DNA from: a virus | Taxonomy: Duplodnaviria > Caudoviricetes | Length of the DNA stretch: 53,407 bases | Virus record (IMG/VR): IMGVR_UViG_3300036859_000475 | Span: 1 to 53,407 of that record | Strand: one strand, 5' to 3' | Shown: positions 53,177 through 53,407 of the stretch, in pieces | Numbering within the stretch: the stretch's first letter is position 1 | How the letters are laid out: every line of letters begins with the position of its first letter | The notes under the pieces: model-generated | What the model was told of the DNA's origin: nothing | Databases searched by the model: none | What the model saw: the letters and a program-made list of their open reading frames with translations, nothing else | Position numbers and translations under genes: made by a program

Positions 53177-53407
53177 GCGAGACGCCGACGGTCTACCTGG
53201 CACAGTTCGTCGTGCCGGCGGGGATCGTGGCGTGGTGCACACGTTGCGGCGCCGACGTCTACGTGCACGAGATCCAGCCAGGCTCCGATGTTTGTCGAGG
53301 CACGATGTTCGTCCGGACCTACGGGATGCTGCGGGCACGCCCGTGCGGTCACGAATGCAGCCTCGGAGGGGAAGGGTTGCCACTGATTCGGTGGCAGGCC
53401 CTGCAGC
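53173..53407 (+). CDS. Hypothetical protein spanning the circular junction (continues to stop at 224)
   Basis: MSETPTVYL...WCTRCG in frame with ORF 6..224; overlaps the terL start. Confidence 0.7.
   Translation, partial: MSETPTVYLAQFVVPAGIVAWCTRCGADVYVHEIQPGSDVCRGTMFVRTYGMLRARPCGHECSLGGEGLPLIRWQALQ
53222..53407. repeat. Terminal direct repeat, right copy
   Basis: Matches 1-186 with one mismatch. Confidence 0.97.

Noticed and set aside
1-53407. Integrase/attP, tRNA, CRISPR array, reverse transcriptase/DGR, TET/JBP dioxygenase
   Set aside because: No diagnostic motifs or structures found by eye; absence needs confirmation with HMM and covariance searches.

Overview
An apparently complete, GC-rich, siphovirus-type phage genome of about 53.2 kb. 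Positions 1-186 repeat at 53222-53407 with one mismatch, and an ORF reads across the join. Gene order: terL, portal fused to a Mu gpF-like domain, prohead protease, HK97-type capsid, a methyltransferase plus two glycosyltransferases, fibre-like genes, neck genes (one with an intein), major tail, chaperones with a -1 frameshift, tape measure, minor tails, tail spike, lysis genes, a small-gene accessory cluster with a dual-frame C5 methyltransferase, a leftward operon (Rpf-like protein, HNH, RecT-like, ParB-like), an ArdC operon, a replication initiator with internal iterons, a ParB/TAGT-like GT/GT75-like/UDG-like operon, terS, and a small operon between terS and terL. I saw no integrase, ParA, tRNA or CRISPR array. 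The host is probably an actinomycete-like bacterium (inference from GC content, leaderless promoters, and Rpf- and LmbU-like genes). The three strongest leads are: (1) a candidate TET-less DNA glycosylation operon containing an RGP/GT75 mutase-like enzyme; (2) an 8-bp motif GTCCGYTG plus duplicated gene ends at the junctions of the accessory genes, suggesting cassette-style gene traffic; (3) an endonuclease-bearing intein in a virion neck protein. All family calls come from recognising motifs by eye, not from database searches.
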